Below, in pieces: positions 1 to 8,565 of a DNA stretch of 32,000 bases. This DNA comes from Thermoproteus tenax Kra 1 (GTDB lineage: Archaea > Thermoproteota > Thermoprotei > Thermoproteales > Thermoproteaceae), in assembly GCF_000253055.1 (NCBI RefSeq), contig NC_016070.1, positions 1 to 32,000 of the forward strand, written 5' to 3'. The notes beneath the pieces are model-generated. The model saw only the letters and a program-made list of their open reading frames with translations. It ran no database searches and was not told the origin of the DNA. Position 1 is the first letter of the stretch; every line of letters begins with the position of its first letter. Made by a program: the position numbers and the translations under genes.

Positions 1-88
1 TCGGCGTCCTAGACATCGGCAAGGGTGCGCCTAGCCGTAGAGGAGTATGCGGAGAGGCCGTCAAAGGAGGTCGCGGGGCAAGAGACGC

Positions 89-586
89 GTGAAAGTCTGC
101 ATAGCCACTTCGAACAAGGCAAAGATAGAGGGGGTTCTTGGCGCGCTCAAGAGGATCGGTCTCCGAGGAGAGATAGAGACTACTGCGTGGCCTCAAGACG
201 TAGTACCCATGACTTTAGAGGAGACAGTGCAGGGAGCGATCAGAAGAGCGGTGAGCTCTCGGCGGGGCGACTGCCTAGGAGTAGGCGTAGAGGCCGGGTT
301 CTTCACCGCGGCTGGAGTACACTTCGGCGTCCACGTAGCGGCCGTATACGATGGAGCTCTCATAGCCGTCGGCGCCTCGCAAGCCTTTCAGATATCGGAG
401 GAGGAATACTTGGCATTTGACAAGAGAGGGCGCGGAGTCTTGGCAGAGCTGGGGACCGACAGAGAGAAGGGGCTGGTCAGCGCATTGACGAACGGCGCTA
501 TAGTTCGCCGTCAGTTAGTTGAAGAGGCCGTCTACTTCGCGTTAGTTTCATATATGCACCTATCTGGCCTCAAGTGGTCAAGATAA
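89..586 (+). CDS. inosine/xanthosine triphosphatase, YjjX/DUF84 NTPase family
   Basis: Lies in ORF 47-586. VKVCIATSNKAKIEGVL, VGVEAGF and EKGLVSALTNGAIVRRQLVEEAVYFAL align by eye with E. coli YjjX (VVCATTNPAKIQAIL, VAIEAGI, KEGAIGVFTAGKLTR). I chose GTG at 89 because family members begin just before this strand. ATG at 47 is the alternative start. Confidence 0.65.
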   Translation: MKVCIATSNKAKIEGVLGALKRIGLRGEIETTAWPQDVVPMTLEETVQGAIRRAVSSRRGDCLGVGVEAGFFTAAGVHFGVHVAAVYDGALIAVGASQAFQISEEEYLAFDKRGRGVLAELGTDREKGLVSALTNGAIVRRQLVEEAVYFALVSYMHLSGLKWSR

Positions 587-1524
587 TAGGGCTGGGCCCC
601 TCTGGAGCGGCCCTAGGGTTTCTTTTAGGATCCGCCGAGGTTGAGGAGCGCGTGGGCAGATATTTTAAGGCTTGCGGAGAGGCCGTGCCCGTCGAGACGC
701 CGCTTATCTCCAGAGAGTTCGTAGTAGACAAGGTGCGACGCTATAGGTTCTTCCTAGGCGATCGCTTGTTGGGCGAGGTGTCCTACAGAGAGCCGAGGTG
801 GTACATAATAGAGAAGGGCGCGTGGATAGATTATCTGAGGAGCAGGATAGGGCCTGGGTCAAGCGATGGTGTCGTCGTGGATGCCAGGGGGCCCTATGGG
901 AGCAAAGGGAAGAAGATAGTCGTAGTGATGGCGTATGTGTCCGGCATTAGGCGCGAGGAGGAGACGGCCGACTTTATTTTCCCCCGGAACCACACGGGAT
1001 TCTACTGGATCTTTCCTCACGGCTCGCTCTACAATATAGGCGGAGGCTTTCTGGAGGTAGAGGATCCTACTGCTCTAGTCAGGGAATTTGCAAATAAGTT
1101 GGGCGGTAGAATAATAAATATCAAGGGAGCTCCGCTGACGGTTCTGCCCGAGATAGATCTGGGCTATAACGGACGTTTCAGAGTGGGCGAGTCGGCGGGC
1201 TTGATATATCCTTTGACCGGCGAAGGCATAAGGCCCGGCGTCCTCTCGGCGATCGCTCTCGCCGAGGCTCTGAGGACTAAGAACCCCCTCGAGACCTACA
1301 GAAGGAGAGTAGAACCTATAGTGAAACAGATCGGACTCCAAAAGAGGCTGTTACTCGCGGCGTCTGCCGCCATTAAGAGGGGCGGAAGTATATCGGCAAT
1401 AGCGGACGGGAGCCTACTGCGCGACTACATAGAGGAGAATTTATCGCTCCGCGGGCTCTTCGTGGCCCTGGCTAAGAGACCGGCGGCCGCCGCCAGACTT
1501 TTGTCGGCTTTGTTGAGGAGATAG
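574..1524 (+). CDS. FAD-dependent oxidoreductase, geranylgeranyl reductase family
   Basis: 316 aa ORF. The N-terminal IIGLGPSGAALGFLLG is a GxGxxG dinucleotide-binding motif. GESAGLIYPLTGEGIRPG resembles the conserved FAD motif of geranylgeranyl-reductase-type flavoproteins. Overlaps the upstream gene by 13 nt. Confidence 0.6.
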   Translation: MVKIIGLGPSGAALGFLLGSAEVEERVGRYFKACGEAVPVETPLISREFVVDKVRRYRFFLGDRLLGEVSYREPRWYIIEKGAWIDYLRSRIGPGSSDGVVVDARGPYGSKGKKIVVVMAYVSGIRREEETADFIFPRNHTGFYWIFPHGSLYNIGGGFLEVEDPTALVREFANKLGGRIINIKGAPLTVLPEIDLGYNGRFRVGESAGLIYPLTGEGIRPGVLSAIALAEALRTKNPLETYRRRVEPIVKQIGLQKRLLLAASAAIKRGGSISAIADGSLLRDYIEENLSLRGLFVALAKRPAAAARLLSALLRR

Positions 1525-1551
1525 CTTATTAACTTAGGCGTGATTTCTCCT

Positions 1552-1977
1552 ATGTTCAAGAAGATCTTGGTCGCTTACGATGGCTCCAATCATGCCAAAA
1601 AGGCGCTCGATGTCGCGATAGATCTATCGAAAAAATATGGGGCAAAGCTCTATATAATTGAGGTCATCGATACGGCGACTATACTCGGCTTATCCATGGG
1701 GCCGGTCCCCGCCGAGGTCATAGACTCGATAAGAGAGCGCGCCAAGGCCGATCTAAACGATGCAAAGGCGAGGGCTGAGTCGCAGGGAGTTCAGGCCGAA
1801 ACTCTCATGTTGGAGGGCGATCCAGCCGGCACCATAGTGGATCAAGCAGACAAGCTTGGCGTCGACCTCATAGTGACGGGCAGCCGAGGTCTCTCGACAA
1901 TAAAGCGGGTCTTTCTAGGGAGCGTCTCCACGGGCATAGTCACACATGCCAGAAAGCCCGTCTTAGTTGTCAAATGA
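1552..1977 (+). CDS. universal stress protein (UspA family)
   Basis: MFKKILVAYDGSNHAKKALDVAIDL ... LIVTGSRGLSTIKRVFLGSVSTGIVTHARKPVLVVK is the typical Usp ATP-binding G-x2-G-x9-G(S/T) region. ATG at 1552 is preferred over GTG at 1540. Confidence 0.8.
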   Translation: MFKKILVAYDGSNHAKKALDVAIDLSKKYGAKLYIIEVIDTATILGLSMGPVPAEVIDSIRERAKADLNDAKARAESQGVQAETLMLEGDPAGTIVDQADKLGVDLIVTGSRGLSTIKRVFLGSVSTGIVTHARKPVLVVK

Positions 1978-2024
1978 TGAGGAACCGGGCTCCTATAGGT
2001 GAGGAGAAGATAGGCCGCTGAGAC
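1969..2024 (+). ncRNA. candidate C/D box sRNA
   Basis: Layout: C box AUGAUGA 1974-1980 (shares the usp TGA stop), 12 nt guide 1981-1992, D'-like CUAU 1993-1996, C'-like GUGAGGA 1999-2005, 12 nt guide 2006-2017, D box CUGA 2018-2021. Flanking GUC 1969-1971 and GAC 2022-2024 can pair as a terminal stem. The D' box is degenerate. Confidence 0.4.
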
Positions 2025-2086
2025 CTCCTCGACCTACAGCGAGAGTCTCGGCGACCACAACTATTTTTACTGGCCTCGGCTAAGCC

Positions 2087-2875
2087 ATGGAGTTTATAAA
2101 ACGATATATACAAGGCCAACACATTATAACCACATATGTTCTCCACATCGGCGACATCAAGGTGGCGGTAGATCCGGGTCCCCCCAATTCTTTCACACAC
2201 ACCGACGCCGATATAATAATATGTACTCACATACACAACGACCACTGCGGCGCGGCGGGCCACACAAAGAGGCCAGTCTACGTCCACGAGAGATACGTAA
2301 GACACTTAGTCGATCCATCGAGACTCTGGCAGGCCACGAGGGAGACCTTGGGTCCCATCGCCGATCTTTTCGGCCAGCCCGTAGGAGCTACTGAGGTGAG
2401 ACCTCTGAGGGATGGCGAAAGGCTCTTCGACGCAATCGATGTCTACTTCACGCCGGGCCATGCGCCTCACCACGTCATGTTCTACTATAGAGATGGTGGC
2501 ATTCTCTTCGTGGGAGATGGGGCGGGGGTATACGTGCCCGAAATAGACGCCATATTCCCCACCACGCCTGCGCCGTTTAAGTACGAGGAATACCTGCGCT
2601 CTCTCAACAGAGTCTCCTCAATAGGCGCCCAGAGCCTCTGCTTCCCCCACTTCACGTGCACTGAGAACGTGGACCTGATCAGGCGCCACATGGAGCAAAT
2701 CTCGTTATGGCGCGAAATCGCCAGGGAGGTGGCCGAGGAGGGGGGCAACGTCGACGAACTCGCAAGGCGTCTAGTGCGCGAGGACGAGAACGCGGCCAAG
2801 GTGGCCGAGAGAGGCGGGCTCTTGTTCGACTTCTTTTTGCGTCAGACCCTCGTGGGCTTGCTACAAACAGCCTAG
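2087..2875 (+). CDS. metallo-beta-lactamase fold hydrolase
   Basis: 262 aa ORF with the HxHxDH metal motif (THIHNDHCG), a later TPGHAPHH and a downstream Asp/His pattern typical of the MBL superfamily. Its end overlaps the convergent amidase gene by 4 nt. Confidence 0.7.
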   Translation: MEFIKRYIQGQHIITTYVLHIGDIKVAVDPGPPNSFTHTDADIIICTHIHNDHCGAAGHTKRPVYVHERYVRHLVDPSRLWQATRETLGPIADLFGQPVGATEVRPLRDGERLFDAIDVYFTPGHAPHHVMFYYRDGGILFVGDGAGVYVPEIDAIFPTTPAPFKYEEYLRSLNRVSSIGAQSLCFPHFTCTENVDLIRRHMEQISLWREIAREVAEEGGNVDELARRLVREDENAAKVAERGGLLFDFFLRQTLVGLLQTA

Positions 2876-4110
2876 GCTTCTTCGTATTTTGAAGCTATTG
2901 ACAACAGTCTCTCTTCGTCCGATGAGACGAGTTGGACTCCCACGGGCAGATGGGGCGCGGGAGCCGGCACAGATATGGCCGGCAGTCCCGCCAGATTGAA
3001 GAGCTCCGTATAAGCCAACAGCTTGGGCCTTATAGCTATTGTATTCGCCTCCTCGACAGGCGGCGCAGCTATCGCCGTAGTCGGCGTGACTAATACGTCG
3101 TACCTCTTCAGGAGGCTGTTGAAGTAAGACTTCGCCTCCCTCTGTATCTCCAGAGCTCTGAGGTAGGCAACGGCGGGCAGAGATGCCCCAACCTTCAGAA
3201 GAGTGGCCACGTCGCGCCCCATCTCAGGCTCGTGCCTCCTGAGGTAGCCCCAGTTGACGGACGCCGCCTCGGCGAGGAGGATCGCCGCCCGAGCATAGGA
3301 GAACTTCCTGGCGTTCACCTCAACCTCCCACCTCTCCCCGCCGGCTGACTCAAGCTTTGCCACGGCCCGCCAGAATGCCTTCTCGACATATTCATCTGGC
3401 TCTGCTATGCCCTTCAATATACCGAAGCGGAAGCGGGGCGGCGGCTCGGCCCTCAATCCCCTCAACACGCTCATAAGGTAGACCAAGTCTTTCACCGTGG
3501 ATGTGAAAAAGCCCAGGTGATCTAGGGAGGGAGCCAGAGGTCTCACGCCCTCTAGGCTTAGGGCGCCGTACGGCGGCTTGTATCCCACAACTCCACAGAG
3601 CGATGCCGGGATTCTGACTGAACCGCCGGTGTCGGTGCCCAACGCTATGTGGGCTATGCCCAAGGCCACCGCTCCGGCTGAGCCGCCCGAGGATCCGCCC
3701 GTGATTCTAGAGGGATCTCTGGGGTTAAGCGTTGGGCCAAAGTGTGGATTAACGTTGGTGGCCCCCAGAGCCAGCTCGTGCATGTTTGTCTTCCCCAACA
3801 CCAAGGCTCCCTCCTCCTCTAGCGCCGTGACTATGGGGGCCGTCAGCTCGGGCACCTCTCTGGCGTAGGGCGCCCCATTGGTTGTGGGCAGCCCGGCCAC
3901 GTCTATGTTGTCTTTAACCGCGACCACTACGCCGAGGAGGCGGCGTCCACTTCTGAGGAGTGAGGCGCGCTCGGCCCTCTTGGGCAGATCTCTGTCCAAC
4001 GCCAGGAAGTAGTTGTACTTTTGGCCCTCGGCCCTCTTTAGACTCTCCAGAGCGGTTCTGACGACATAGTCGGGGTCAGCTCTAGCTTTATCTACGATCT
4101 CTTTTATCAT
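2872..4110 (-). CDS. amidase (amidase-signature family, GatA-like)
   Basis: 412 aa ORF with KDNIDVAGLPTTNGAP and the Gly/Ser-rich amidase signature GGSSGGSAGAVALG. Confidence 0.8.
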   Translation of the reverse strand: MIKEIVDKARADPDYVVRTALESLKRAEGQKYNYFLALDRDLPKRAERASLLRSGRRLLGVVVAVKDNIDVAGLPTTNGAPYAREVPELTAPIVTALEEEGALVLGKTNMHELALGATNVNPHFGPTLNPRDPSRITGGSSGGSAGAVALGIAHIALGTDTGGSVRIPASLCGVVGYKPPYGALSLEGVRPLAPSLDHLGFFTSTVKDLVYLMSVLRGLRAEPPPRFRFGILKGIAEPDEYVEKAFWRAVAKLESAGGERWEVEVNARKFSYARAAILLAEAASVNWGYLRRHEPEMGRDVATLLKVGASLPAVAYLRALEIQREAKSYFNSLLKRYDVLVTPTTAIAAPPVEEANTIAIRPKLLAYTELFNLAGLPAISVPAPAPHLPVGVQLVSSDEERLLSIASKYEEA

Positions 4111-4137
4111 ATGAGGCCGAGGCCCCTCAATATACTC

Positions 4138-4776
4138 TCAACTTGTCTCTCCACTTCCTCCGTAGCCTCCCCTGCCCCCAACTCCCTCAGAAGCTCCTTG
4201 ACGTACTTCATTGAGCTTATGGCAAGTAGACGCATAAAACAATTTCTCGGAGATCCAGTTGGCTTGGTTCGAGATGTAGTCCACCTTTTTGCGGAGCTCG
4301 AAGTCCCTCGGCTCTAAGCTCAACATATCTATATACAGCCTCTCTACTGCCTCCTTTAGCCTCCTGGCGAGGTCGAGGTTGCCCCTCACTAGTTCCTCGT
4401 TTGTCTTTCTGCCGAGCTCCCCCGCTATATCGGCAACGCCCATCAGATAGGTCATCACGTCTACGCCGAGCTCCTCCAAGGTGGGCAGTCTTCCCTCACG
4501 CAGATAGGTCCACAGAGAGACCGCCTCCACGTATTCCTGCAGACCTTGGGCGCCGCTGTTGTAGAACATGGGATATCTTGATACAAGCGACCTCAGCTCT
4601 GTTGCGGCCGCCTCCATATCTTTCAGGTGTCTCTGGGCCGCCTCCATGTCGTTGCGTATGAGCGAATATATCACCGATTTGCTGAGCCTGGTTACTCTGA
4701 TAGAGGTCTGTATAACTCTCTCTCGCGCGTCCTCGTAGCTCCTCAACTCGTTATAAAGCCTCTCCACATCGAGCAT
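4138..4776 (-). CDS. translin-family protein (COG2178-like predicted RNA-binding protein)
   Basis: LQEYVEAVSL...YLMGVADIAGELGRK...LRKKVDY matches my recollection of the translin-family pattern (QEYvEA, GEL.R, LRKK.D). ATG at 4776 (MLDVERLY) is preferred to the ORF-track start at 4794. The C-terminal tail is Gly/Arg-rich (GGRGGYGGSG). Confidence 0.55.
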   Translation of the reverse strand: MLDVERLYNELRSYEDARERVIQTSIRVTRLSKSVIYSLIRNDMEAAQRHLKDMEAAATELRSLVSRYPMFYNSGAQGLQEYVEAVSLWTYLREGRLPTLEELGVDVMTYLMGVADIAGELGRKTNEELVRGNLDLARRLKEAVERLYIDMLSLEPRDFELRKKVDYISNQANWISEKLFYASTCHKLNEVRQGASEGVGGRGGYGGSGETS

Positions 4777-4797
4777 GCCCAGGACGCACCTCAAGCC

Positions 4798-6114
4798 TTA
4801 TATCTGTTCTGCGCCAGCTCCACTCGTCCTCTGTCTTCTCAGCGCTGTGAAGTACAATAGATACCCCAGGGCGAGCCACAGGCCGAGGAACCACAGATAG
4901 GGCCACTTCTCTGCGAATGTAAACACTAGGCCCGTCGCAGTGAACGCCATGGCCAGGATAGAGGTCAGCGGGAGGCCCTTGATCCGCGGCGATCTAAATG
5001 CGCTGTAGAAGATGCCGCGCCTAGTCACTAGGCCCAACGAGAGAGCTATCATGAAGTAGTTTATGAGAGAGCCCACAGCATAGATATCGACAAGAAGCTG
5101 GATCTCGCCCGGCAGAAGGAACAATATAGAGACGATGTACGTCATGGTCAATCCGACGTAGGGAGTCCTGAAACGTTTGTGCACTCGGGAGAAGAGGGGC
5201 GGCAGTAGCTTTTCCTCGGCCAGAATATAGACCAGGCGGGCGAAGGCCACGTAGCCAGTAACGGCAGCCATGAGCATTATGAGCACGACCACGAGGAACA
5301 CTGGCGTCACAAGCCACCACGCCGTCTTGCGCGCTAGGTCTAACATAACCAGGGCCGGATCGCCTATCTCGGAGGGCGCTAGCGCGCTCATAATCGCCGA
5401 ACTGAGCAAGGTGCCGTATGAGGTGCCCACTATGGCGGCGATCATCGCGGCCCTGGGTATCTGTATGAGCGGCGCAGTGGCCTCGCCGGCCAGCTGGCCT
5501 ATGGCGTCAATGCCAGTGTATCCTCTCGACGCCAGAGATAGGGCATACAACAAGTTGCTTGCACTGACATTTCCCCATCTAAAAAAGGGTGGAGGTGAGC
5601 CGAACTTGATGAACGCCAGAGTCAACAGCGTTGATAAAACTGCGAACTCCAATAGAAATACTGAGAGGCCCACTCTGGAGGACTCTCTAATCCCTATTAG
5701 AGTGAGGACATACAACGCAGTAGACATGGCGATGGCCACAGCTTGAGGGGGCAGATTTAGCCCAAAATACGACAGAATATACTTTGTGGCGTCCAAAGTG
5801 CCGTAGCCTACCATTATTACCTGGTCTATAGACAGCAACCACACGGCTGTGAACGCGCTCAAGCTGCCCAGGCCTACCTTCACGTGAAGGTAGGAGCCTC
5901 CGGTCTCGGGAAACCTAGAGCCCATCTCGCCGTAGGCCAAGGCCACTGATGCCAACAAAGCCGCACTGTAGAGCACCACAAGGAAGCCGTATTGGCCCGC
6001 CGAAAGTAGTATATACCCAGCCATTAGATAAAAAGTGGACTGAGAGTCGTGGTGGACCAGTGCGTAGATGTCCCAAGTGTTGAGCCTACGTCTAAGCCAT
6101 CCACGTGCGGCCAC
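4798..6114 (-). CDS. amino acid permease (APC superfamily)
   Basis: 438 aa ORF, GTG start, about 12 hydrophobic helices, with an APC-like N-terminal region (YALVHHDSQSTFYLMAGYILL...GEMGSRFPETGGSYLHV). Confidence 0.7.
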   Translation of the reverse strand: MAARGWLRRRLNTWDIYALVHHDSQSTFYLMAGYILLSAGQYGFLVVLYSAALLASVALAYGEMGSRFPETGGSYLHVKVGLGSLSAFTAVWLLSIDQVIMVGYGTLDATKYILSYFGLNLPPQAVAIAMSTALYVLTLIGIRESSRVGLSVFLLEFAVLSTLLTLAFIKFGSPPPFFRWGNVSASNLLYALSLASRGYTGIDAIGQLAGEATAPLIQIPRAAMIAAIVGTSYGTLLSSAIMSALAPSEIGDPALVMLDLARKTAWWLVTPVFLVVVLIMLMAAVTGYVAFARLVYILAEEKLLPPLFSRVHKRFRTPYVGLTMTYIVSILFLLPGEIQLLVDIYAVGSLINYFMIALSLGLVTRRGIFYSAFRSPRIKGLPLTSILAMAFTATGLVFTFAEKWPYLWFLGLWLALGYLLYFTALRRQRTSGAGAEQI

Positions 6115-6205
6115 GATTATTATACTGTTTTAAAATCAATAAAAGGCGGCTGGGCCGGTCCTGCGCCTCAGCTCTGGGCAGGCTCGGAGCTCCGGGCAGG
6201 ACGCG

Positions 6206-6568
6206 TCACCAATATTGTGGATACTTAAGAACTACGACGAACGGCAACGGGACCCACTCAAACTGATATTTTTTAGCCAACTCATCCAACCCTCTGATTT
6301 GAATCTTTTCGGCGACCTCTCTGCCCTTCTGAGTTACGACGTATTTTACCTCCCCTCCCTCTATCTCTTGGTATACGGCGAGGTACCCCTTGTTGACTAA
6401 TCCGTCAATTACGGGGGCCAGCTGCGGCATCGTCAGCTTTCTGCCGGGTTGCGGTACCTCGGACATCTTCAGCTCCTCTCTGAGCAGAATCAAGGCGGCC
6501 ACGATCGACCTAGCGTCAAGCATGCCGAACTTGGACACAAGAGCTAGGACTATTTCGTCTAAGCTCAT
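6206..6568 (-). CDS. hypothetical protein, possible winged-helix fold
   Basis: 120 aa ORF. PQLAPVIDGLVNKGYLAVYQEIEGGEVKYVVTQKGREVAEKI looks like a recognition helix plus beta-wing. Its ATG overlaps the upstream TGA as ATGA at 6565-6568, which suggests translational coupling. Confidence 0.5.
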   Translation of the reverse strand: MSLDEIVLALVSKFGMLDARSIVAALILLREELKMSEVPQPGRKLTMPQLAPVIDGLVNKGYLAVYQEIEGGEVKYVVTQKGREVAEKIQIRGLDELAKKYQFEWVPLPFVVVLKYPQYW

Positions 6569-7426
6569 AGCAATATCAGCGGCATCAACATCGCTAACGG
6601 AAGCGGCAGCGCAGGCGCGTAGCCGTACCGCTTTAGTAGCAACTTCACAGTGAGGAGAAAGCCTATGTATATTAAGATTAGGCCGAGGAGTACAAGGGAC
6701 AGGTCAACTAAGGCGCCGTAGGGGGAGTACTTTACGCCTATATACGTCAACGCCATAGTGTATGCAAAGAAATCGCCGGAGCCGACCGAGACATCGCCCA
6801 CGTGAGCCATTAGGCCCAACAGAGGGACTTCCTTGGGCCGCTCGCCGGACGGCGTCGGAGGCGCCTCGGCTTTGGCCTTCCTGATCAAACGGCCCAGGAG
6901 GCCCCCAGTATACCATGACCGCATCGTAGATCGGTAAAGCCGCGAGCAGAGCGAGAACCGTCAGTGGCGGCAGAATCCACACCATCATAGTTCCTGCCAG
7001 CGAGCTTAAGAGGGCTACCATCCAATCCGACCGCCCCTTAAACAGGGCGTATAGGACTAGGGGGATGGAGACTATCGGCGAATAGAAGAGCGCCTCGGCC
7101 CCCCAATCCGGCAACAGTCCGCTGTAATAGTACTTAATTGCGTAGGCCCAAGCCACGCCCCAAACTATCATCGCCCACGCAAAAGCGATAAATAATTTAA
7201 ATAATTTTTTAAAGTGAAATAGTAAATAAATAAATATTGTAGCAATAACTATTAATATAATAAATAAACTTAAATTATATAGCGTTGATGATATATTGTT
7301 CGAGTACGCGTACGGCGCGGAGGGAAGTACTTGCTGGCCCGCCTGGGAGGGGGCAACCAGATATGGGAGAGTTCCCAGTATAGCAGCTATGAAGAGCAAC
7401 GCCGCGAAGGCCGCGTGCGACCTCAC
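6565..7426 (-). pseudogene. presenilin/SPP-like GxGD intramembrane aspartyl protease, interrupted by a frameshift
   Basis: Two overlapping minus-strand ORFs. ORF 6704-7426 carries the TM6 motif LPIYDAV (YD). ORF 6565-6924 carries GSGDFFAY (GxGD) and YAPALPLP (PAL). The frames meet at a C5 run on the plus strand (6902-6906; G5 on the coding strand). Removing one G gives the continuous reading ...IYDAVMVYWGLLGRLIRKAK... The start is GTG at 7426, with the TATA-like GTTTTATAGAA at 7444-7454. Confidence 0.6.
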
Positions 7427-7457
7427 GCTCTACATTTCATGCGTTCTATAAAACATT

Positions 7458-8525
7458 CTACGGTATGACCTCAGTGGAGTCGAGAGTCGGCTCGTAGTTG
7501 AGGTCCTTTTCGCTTATAATGCCCTTGTTGAGAAGAACCTCGAGATCCCCCTTCCTTTCCTTCAAAATCTCTATAGTTCTCTTTGTCACAAGGCAGACTG
7601 CGTCGAAGCCTTCCTCGCCCCAGTACTTCTCATAGTGAGTGTACAGGCAGCGCCCGCCGCAGATGTGTTTATACTCGCATGTGGCGCACTTTGGATTCAA
7701 GCGTAGGTCAAGCTTGCCAGGGCCGCGCTTGACGTGTCCTATTACGGCCCATTTCTCGGAGACGGCGATGGGGCAAGCCAATATCCTTCCGTCAGTATTC
7801 ACGGCGAAGGCGTCTCTGCCAGCCCCGCAGGGCACCCACGTGAATGGCCTTAGAAGTAGGGCTCTGTAGATACCCAGGAAGGGAACTATGCCTAACAGCT
7901 GGCCCTGTCTCGCGCGCTCTATAAATAGGTCCCGCAGCCTGGCGAGGCCGGGGAGATAGCTCTCTTCGGCCCATAACAAGAACTCGCGCGGGCTCCATTC
8001 ATCGGTCCACACAGCGTTCAATTGCCAATGCACTTTGTCGAAGCCAAGCGAGAGGAGGTGGACTACATCGCGGTATATGTCGCTGAGTTTGCTCACGGCC
8101 ATTCTCGCGATAATCTGGCATTTGCACCCAATCTCCCTAAGCCACCTAAGCGCCTTGACTACAGCATCGTAGACGCCCGGCCCTCTGTAGTAGTCGGTGA
8201 CCTCTTTGATGCCGTCTATCGAGAGTAAAACTACATCAAATTTACGCCAATATTCGGGCGGGAGCCTCTTGGCCAATGTGCCGTTGGTCTGTATTCCCCA
8301 CCTCGCGGCGCTTATGGAGTCCATGACGCCCATAATGAACTGTGGATTGAGTAGGGGCTCTCCACCATAAAAGAACACTACCGGCTCAGCGTCTTGAGAC
8401 AGAAGCCTCTTGAGGTCTTCCAGGTCGTACTGGATCCCCCAAGGCGAGTGCCTTGGATCAAACGATCCTCCGCAGTATCTACACCTCAAGTTGCACTGCC
8501 CCGTAGTCAACAAAAACCATAGCAC
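7458..8525 (-). CDS. radical SAM enzyme with C-terminal SPASM-type Cys cluster
   Basis: Lies in ORF 7458-8624. The CxxxCxxC motif CNLRCRYC is at 8472-8495. The C-terminal region is PCGAG...DGRILACP...CATCEYKHICGGRC (about 7640-7830). The ORF-track start is a TTG that overlaps the upstream gene. I prefer GTG at 8525 because an AAATAT TATA-like box sits at 8543-8552, 18-27 nt upstream, and that start removes the overlap. Confidence 0.8.
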   Translation of the reverse strand: MLWFLLTTGQCNLRCRYCGGSFDPRHSPWGIQYDLEDLKRLLSQDAEPVVFFYGGEPLLNPQFIMGVMDSISAARWGIQTNGTLAKRLPPEYWRKFDVVLLSIDGIKEVTDYYRGPGVYDAVVKALRWLREIGCKCQIIARMAVSKLSDIYRDVVHLLSLGFDKVHWQLNAVWTDEWSPREFLLWAEESYLPGLARLRDLFIERARQGQLLGIVPFLGIYRALLLRPFTWVPCGAGRDAFAVNTDGRILACPIAVSEKWAVIGHVKRGPGKLDLRLNPKCATCEYKHICGGRCLYTHYEKYWGEEGFDAVCLVTKRTIEILKERKGDLEVLLNKGIISEKDLNYEPTLDSTEVIP

Positions 8526-8565
8526 ACAGTTGTGCCGTATTCCATATTTGAAGTCCTCCGGCTCC

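Noticed and set aside
7181-7300. The AT-rich island considered as a replication-origin unwinding element.
   Set aside because: I saw no flanking ORB-like inverted repeats and there is no orc1/cdc6 gene nearby. The stretch stays in frame within a membrane-protein ORF and encodes a plausible TM helix.
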